From the NCBI GenBank assembly GCA_049599895.1, contig JBMYPC010000097.1, positions 1 through 11,784 on the forward strand: a stretch of DNA of 11,784 nt, given 5' to 3'. Within the stretch, counting starts at the first letter, position 1. Each line of letters opens with the position of its first letter. The DNA is from Bacteriovoracaceae bacterium (GTDB taxonomy: Bacteria > Bdellovibrionota > Bacteriovoracia > Bacteriovoracales > Bacteriovoracaceae). Below, one piece after another: positions 7,366 to 11,784 of the stretch. The notes below the pieces were generated by a model. That model saw nothing but the letters and a program-made list of their open reading frames with translations, had not been told where the DNA came from and ran no database searches. A program made the translations under genes and the position numbers.

Positions 7366-8019
7366 ATGAAAGCAGTAAAAATAATATTTCTTTTCTCTCT
7401 TCTTATGACTACGACTCAAGCCCAGGCCCTTCTCTACCTTAATAGCTATGGCGGAATTAATGCCGGATCCATTGAAGGCTTCGCTGAAAAAACTGGTGGC
7501 AACACTCTGACTCACGATGGCTGGCTGATAGGAGCTGGAGTTGGTGGTCGAGTGGGTCTTTCTTTTCTCATCTTACGAGCTGGTGTTGTTGGAGAATATG
7601 CAAAAGTTCAACTTGAAGGTGAGCGAGAAGATGTGGATCGTGTTTCAGCATTTGATGGTGATGAAGACTATGACAATGTGATCACCCGAAATCTTTATGG
7701 CGCGTTTGTAGGAGTTTCTTTACCGGCACTTCCCCTCACTGTCTTTGCCGAGTACTACCCAACGGTAGAAGGTAAAGTGACCTACGCCGAAGGAAGATCA
7801 GAAAATATTTTCGCCGATGGTGATAAGCTCAATGGTTCAGGCTTTGGAGCAGGCCTTGGCTTTGAAGCTGCGATTTTTAGCACTCACTTTATGGTCCGTA
7901 ATATCACCTATGATGAATTCACCCTCTCGGGAACCAAAACAGAACTTCCCAATGGAACCTATGACAAAATGGAAACTTGGGAAGTTTCACTACAGATTGG
8001 TGTGGCGATCGATCTTTAA
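7366..8019 (+). CDS. Secreted protein, probable small outer-membrane beta-barrel (217 aa)
   Basis: Sec signal MKAVKIIFLFSLLMTTTQAQA. About 8 Gly/aromatic amphipathic strands (GVGGRVGLSF, LRAGVVGEY, YGAFVGVSL, LTVFAEYY, GFGAGLGF, FSTHFMVR) and a terminal strand VSLQIGVAIDL. Family unassigned. Confidence 0.7.
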   Translation: MKAVKIIFLFSLLMTTTQAQALLYLNSYGGINAGSIEGFAEKTGGNTLTHDGWLIGAGVGGRVGLSFLILRAGVVGEYAKVQLEGEREDVDRVSAFDGDEDYDNVITRNLYGAFVGVSLPALPLTVFAEYYPTVEGKVTYAEGRSENIFADGDKLNGSGFGAGLGFEAAIFSTHFMVRNITYDEFTLSGTKTELPNGTYDKMETWEVSLQIGVAIDL

Positions 8020-8022
8020 AGA

Positions 8023-9468
8023 TTATCTTCGTGTAGTTTTCTTTTTACGAGTCACCGTTTTTGATCGCGACTTATTGAGCTTCTTAAGAAGGTCTTTTCG
8101 GTCTTTTTCACGATCTTTTAGCCAGTCATCCATCTGCTTATTCACTTCAGCAAGTTCCTCAATAAGCTTTTTTCGAACAAGAGTTGGTGACTTTGCGATC
8201 TTTTGAAATTGTTTAAGGGCCTTGGAATCATCCTGGACCATAAGCTTTCGTTTATTTACTTCTTCTTTGGTCATTCTATAGATTGGCATGTCAGCGAGGT
8301 AATCACTGAAAGTAAATTTCTTTTTTGTTAAGTGTTCAACAAAAGTCTTTCTGTTTTTCGTCTTCGTCGCCACTTCATATTCTTTTTGACGGATGAATTT
8401 TATGATTTCGTTGTTCTGTCTGATTCTTTTTTCATAATCTTCACAAAGAAGTTCATACCTTCTTCGAACAACTTTTAATCTTTCCTCAGCAAAAATCTCA
8501 ATGATCTCTTCAGGCTTTTCAAAAATCCTCACCCCTCTTTCACTGATCAAAGTGTAATTCGGAACGAGAGAGGCTTGCGCTGCTATGCTTTTTTGAACCT
8601 CTTCAAAGCTTGGGGTTTGACCTCTTTTAAAGACAAGTTCTATGTTCACATCATTGTTTACTGTAGAATCGATATAATCTTTAATAATATCTTTATCCAT
8701 CAAAGCATTAAGAAATCTATAGGTTTTTTTGGCATCATAGCCTTTTGGAAGTTCAGTAATATGAAACTTTTCACCTTTTTGTTCTAACTTTAAAGAAAAG
8801 AGATAACGTCCATTATCGCTCACAATCTTATGGTTATACCCTTCCACATGAGGCTTAAGTTTTTTTGCTTTTCCTGTTTGAAGATAGCTCACAATTGAGG
8901 CAATAAGATCCCGGTGGTGAAAGCTTGGAATAACAGAAGAAAAACCTGTTCCGATACCTTCGGCACCATTTAAAAGCATGATAGGAAGTTTTGGATAAAG
9001 ACAATCTGGCTCAACAGTTGTTTCATCAAAGTTTGGAACCATTTGAACCTGGTTCATATCATCAAATAAGAGAACCTTAGCGATCTTTCCAAGTCGGCAT
9101 TCAATATACCTTGAAGCGGCTGGAGCGGTTTCCATTCTCTCCCCGAAGTAACCTTTTTTATCAACGAGAGGATAGTTATTAGAAAAAGTATAGTCTTGGG
9201 CCATGTTCACAACAGCAGTTTCAATAGAAGCGGGGCCGTGGGGGTGAAGAGTCAGAACCAGTCCAGTTGCTGCGGAAACTTTGATAAGACCTTTCGATTG
9301 ATTTTTCCAAAGTGTATAGAGAATTCTTCTTTGAACAGGCTTGAGTCCATCTTGAAGGTAAGGAATCGCCCGGTCCATTAAAGTATAGATTTGATAAGTT
9401 CTGTATTCGTGCTTAACGATGTCCCTTAGGGGAACAGTTTCCATTGCATGAAGATAAGTTTCTTCCAT
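8023..9468 (-). CDS. Type IIA DNA topoisomerase subunit A (GyrA/ParC superfamily), short T4 gp52-like form with no C-terminal beta-pinwheel (481 aa)
   Basis: RAIPYLQDGLKPVQRRILY, HPHG, KGYFG, AASRY121I (catalytic Tyr codon at 9108-9106), LLNGAEGIGTG, ITELP. It ends after the coiled-coil/C-gate region with a basic tail and has no GyrA box. Confidence 0.95.
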   Translation of the reverse strand: MEETYLHAMETVPLRDIVKHEYRTYQIYTLMDRAIPYLQDGLKPVQRRILYTLWKNQSKGLIKVSAATGLVLTLHPHGPASIETAVVNMAQDYTFSNNYPLVDKKGYFGERMETAPAASRYIECRLGKIAKVLLFDDMNQVQMVPNFDETTVEPDCLYPKLPIMLLNGAEGIGTGFSSVIPSFHHRDLIASIVSYLQTGKAKKLKPHVEGYNHKIVSDNGRYLFSLKLEQKGEKFHITELPKGYDAKKTYRFLNALMDKDIIKDYIDSTVNNDVNIELVFKRGQTPSFEEVQKSIAAQASLVPNYTLISERGVRIFEKPEEIIEIFAEERLKVVRRRYELLCEDYEKRIRQNNEIIKFIRQKEYEVATKTKNRKTFVEHLTKKKFTFSDYLADMPIYRMTKEEVNKRKLMVQDDSKALKQFQKIAKSPTLVRKKLIEELAEVNKQMDDWLKDREKDRKDLLKKLNKSRSKTVTRKKKTTRR

Positions 9469-9489
9469 AATACTCTATGCCTTTCTCAG

Positions 9490-11700
9490 TTACGCTCTTC
9501 TTCGAGCTCTTGTGGTCTTTTTCTTTGCAGTTTTCTTGGTGACTTTCTTGGTAGTTTTCTTTGCTGTTTTCTGTGCCGTTTTCTTAGCCGTTTTCTTGGC
9601 CACTTTCTTGGCCACTTTCTTGGCTGTTTTCTTAGCTGCTTTTTTGGCCGTCTTTTTCGTCACTTTTTTTGCTGTCTTTTTACTTGCCCCAACTGAAGCC
9701 ACCTTTTTCTTAGTCGCTTTTCGAGTGGACGTAATACCGATTTTTTCGCCGGTAGCCGATTCGTCCATTAAGAGTTCTTTTCTTAGACTTGAATCTTTAC
9801 CAAAGCAAATGTTGAGCATTTCCTTAGAATCTCCAACATCTTTAGCTGAAATAACCGTATAGCTTTCTTTGGCCATCACATACTTCCAAGCCTCTGGAGA
9901 CATCTCCCCTAAACCTTTGTTTCGATGAATGGCCTTAATTGTCTTGGCCTTCTTTTTTAAATCTTCAAGTTGCTCTGGAGTTTCCACGTAAACCGTTTCT
10001 TTATCGGTGACAACTTCGAATAAAGGAGCTTTTGCAAGCTGAACCGCTTCATGCTCAAATAGCTCTGGCCAAAAACTATAGAAAAAGTTGGTAAGAAGTG
10101 TGTTGATATGACCACCATCAACATCAGAGTCCGCCAAGAAAATAATCTTTGAATAGCGAAGTTTTTCCCAGTCCACAGGCTGACCAAGAACCAGCCCTAC
10201 AGATGCCATGATATCGGAAAATTCTTGGTTATTAATAATGTCTTTGATGGTTGCTTGAGCGACATTCATGGGCTTTCCACGAAGAGCAATCCCTCCTTGA
10301 AAAAGCTTATTTCTTGCCGAACGAAGCCCCCCAATTGCCGAGTCTCCCTCACAAATAAAGAGCTGGCATTGACTTCGGTCTTTTCTTTCGTTGGCATCAA
10401 GAAGTTTCTCAACTCTTTGCTTTTTCGCTTTTTTCGCTTTTTTAGAAGCATCTTTAAGTTCTTGAAACCGATGTCTCGACTTTCCTCTTTCAAGGACAAC
10501 TTCAAGATACGCTTTGTTCTTTCTCATGAATTTATCAAGACTCTTTTTCATAAAAGACTCAATGGCCTTTTCAAGCTGAGTGTCTCTGACAAGCTTTCTT
10601 TTAGTCTGTGATTCAAATCTTGGGTTTGGCATTGTCACACCAATAATAAAAGTCAGACCCGTAAGCACATCGTTATCAACTAAAGTGATCTTTTCTTTTT
10701 TCGCCTGACGCTCAAGCTTATCTTTAATGCCGTTGATAAAAAGTCTTCGCATTCGGTCATGGTGAAATCCTCCATCGTAGGTTGGAGTAGAATTCACAAA
10801 TGAGATAATATTTTCTCTTTCTTCACTGGCGGGGTTAATCACGAGTGAAAGGTGAAGGTCTATTTTTCCTTTGACCTTTTTTCCTTTAGAGTTTTGTGTT
10901 TCATAGACATGAACTTCATCAGCGAACAATTGCCCCTTCTCTGGAGAGATCCTTGTGGCAAGGTCATAAAGGCCTTTTTTAAAGTGATACTTTTCTTTAT
11001 TAAAATAAAAGATGAGTCCAGGGTTATTGTAGGCAAGATCAATGATTCTTTTTTTCAAAAGCTCGGCATCAATTTTCGTGTTTTTATAGACTTCTTTAGC
11101 AAGCACAACTTCAATCTTGACCCCTGAATGACCTTTAAAAGGCTTAGGTCTTGTCTTTTTCTTTTTTAAGGCGCCATCAATAAAAGTAGAAGTCTGCTCT
11201 TTTTTAGAATTGTAATGTTTAACCGTCACTTTGAACTCGTCACTGGTTAAACAAGTGGCAGCAGCCCCAAGTCCGTTTTGCCCTAGGGTTCGATGGAGAA
11301 AGCCCTTCTCATCGACTTCTTCGTCTTTAAACTTTGAACCGGTTCTAAACTCGGTATAAACATTCTCGACCTTACTTAAAGGAAAACCAATTCCGTTATC
11401 TTCAACAATGACTCGTTTTCCATCGTCGCTTAAATAGGTGTGGATTTCAGTAACATGACCTCGGTAATACTCATCAATACAATTATCAAGAATTTCTTCA
11501 ACGGCTTTACTTTTGGCCTGGTGAAATTTCACCGTTTTAAATTCGAGACCTTCATCAGTATAAACGTAGGTATCGAGGTCCTCAGTATCATTTGAGCCAA
11601 AGACAAGAGTGATTCGATTTCGACAATGCCACCTTTGGTCTTTCGACTCAATTTCTGCATCTTTTGTTTTCCCTCGTCTTTTGACACTCTCGATCGCCAC
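9490..11700 (-). CDS. Type IIA DNA topoisomerase subunit B (GyrB/ParE superfamily; GHKL ATPase, transducer, TOPRIM) with a Lys/Ala/Thr-rich C-terminal tail
   Basis: EEILDNCIDE, EDNGIGFP, GQNGLG, FESQTKRKL, ICEGDSA, LRGK, DSDVDGGHI, KGLGEM. GTG at 11700 is preferred as start (AAAGGA 6 nt upstream; 736 aa) over the track's TTG at 11721 (no SD). The stop lies 21 nt upstream of the subunit A start, consistent with an operon. Confidence 0.95.
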   Translation of the reverse strand: MAIESVKRRGKTKDAEIESKDQRWHCRNRITLVFGSNDTEDLDTYVYTDEGLEFKTVKFHQAKSKAVEEILDNCIDEYYRGHVTEIHTYLSDDGKRVIVEDNGIGFPLSKVENVYTEFRTGSKFKDEEVDEKGFLHRTLGQNGLGAAATCLTSDEFKVTVKHYNSKKEQTSTFIDGALKKKKTRPKPFKGHSGVKIEVVLAKEVYKNTKIDAELLKKRIIDLAYNNPGLIFYFNKEKYHFKKGLYDLATRISPEKGQLFADEVHVYETQNSKGKKVKGKIDLHLSLVINPASEERENIISFVNSTPTYDGGFHHDRMRRLFINGIKDKLERQAKKEKITLVDNDVLTGLTFIIGVTMPNPRFESQTKRKLVRDTQLEKAIESFMKKSLDKFMRKNKAYLEVVLERGKSRHRFQELKDASKKAKKAKKQRVEKLLDANERKDRSQCQLFICEGDSAIGGLRSARNKLFQGGIALRGKPMNVAQATIKDIINNQEFSDIMASVGLVLGQPVDWEKLRYSKIIFLADSDVDGGHINTLLTNFFYSFWPELFEHEAVQLAKAPLFEVVTDKETVYVETPEQLEDLKKKAKTIKAIHRNKGLGEMSPEAWKYVMAKESYTVISAKDVGDSKEMLNICFGKDSSLRKELLMDESATGEKIGITSTRKATKKKVASVGASKKTAKKVTKKTAKKAAKKTAKKVAKKVAKKTAKKTAQKTAKKTTKKVTKKTAKKKTTRARRRA
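9520..9687 (-). repeat. Degenerate 12-bp tandem repeat (14 units) encoding x-[A/T/S]-K-K tetrapeptides
   Basis: ASKK TAKK VTKK TAKK AAKK TAKK VAKK VAKK TAKK TAQK TAKK TTKK VTKK TAKK. Exact 12-mer TTTCTTGGCCAC occurs about 2.75 times at 9592-9624. Confidence 0.95.
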
Positions 11701-11736
11701 AGTCTTTCCTTTCTCTTTCAATGATATTGAATGGTT

Positions 11737-11742
11737 ATTATA
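11737..11742 (-). promoter_or_regulatory. Candidate sigma-70 -10 element of the topoisomerase operon
   Basis: Perfect TATAAT on the minus strand, 36 nt upstream of GTG 11700. The -35 region is weak (TTCTAA at 18-nt spacing). Confidence 0.45.
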
Positions 11743-11784
11743 AGTAATAACAAGGTGCTTTTAGAATTTGCACCGCAGCATTGT

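Noticed and set aside
9520..9687. CRISPR array or iterons
   Set aside because: The 12-bp units are contiguous, have no spacers and are in frame within a CDS.
9448..9862. Hydrophobic and Cys-rich ORFs 9448-9696 and 9512-9862 (FLAV/FLGH repeats) as membrane or metal-binding proteins
   Set aside because: They are antisense read-outs of the KK-x-A repeat, which happens to lack stops.
4849..11127. Remaining short track ORFs (4849, 5630, 6086, 7817, 8575, 9196, 9957, 10225, 10266, 10852, 10860)
   Set aside because: All overlap longer motif-supported genes and show no independent evidence.
8023..11700. Calling these genes gyrA/gyrB or parC/parE, or calling subunit A a truncated pseudogene
   Set aside because: There is no GyrA box or CTD, and the signature motifs are non-canonical. 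No CTD remnant follows the stop, since the next gene is 3 nt away, and the length matches naturally CTD-less enzymes.
8023..11784. Prophage or genomic island around the phage-like topoisomerase
   Set aside because: No integrase, tRNA, att repeat, structural gene or evident composition shift is present in the window. Sequence beyond the right edge is unseen.

Overview
AT-rich bacterial chromosomal segment with no rRNA, tRNA, CRISPR array or mobile element. Gene content and style suggest a Bdellovibrionota/Bacteriovoracia-like organism (inference). Left: a nitrogen-assimilation module. It has an ammonium transporter (amt) and the 5' 802 codons of glutamate synthase gltB, which the ORF track missed because the gene runs off the window edge. 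A consensus sigma-54 promoter, an IHF-like site and tandem ACA-W4-TGT candidate enhancer boxes lie upstream of amt. A NifA-like (degenerate GAF/AAA+/Fis-HTH) activator gene lies 1.6 kb away, and no PII gene is in the window. Middle: an FN3+LamG lipoprotein, a possible frameshifted small lipoprotein, a GC-rich structured intergenic island and a probable small outer-membrane beta-barrel. Right: a two-gene type IIA topoisomerase operon that is neither gyrase nor canonical Topo IV. Its motifs and size resemble phage T4 gp39/60+gp52 and eukaryotic Top2. The A subunit lacks the beta-pinwheel CTD, the B subunit carries a ~14x (x-A/T-K-K) histone-H1-like tail, and both subunits end near a shared KKKTTR peptide.
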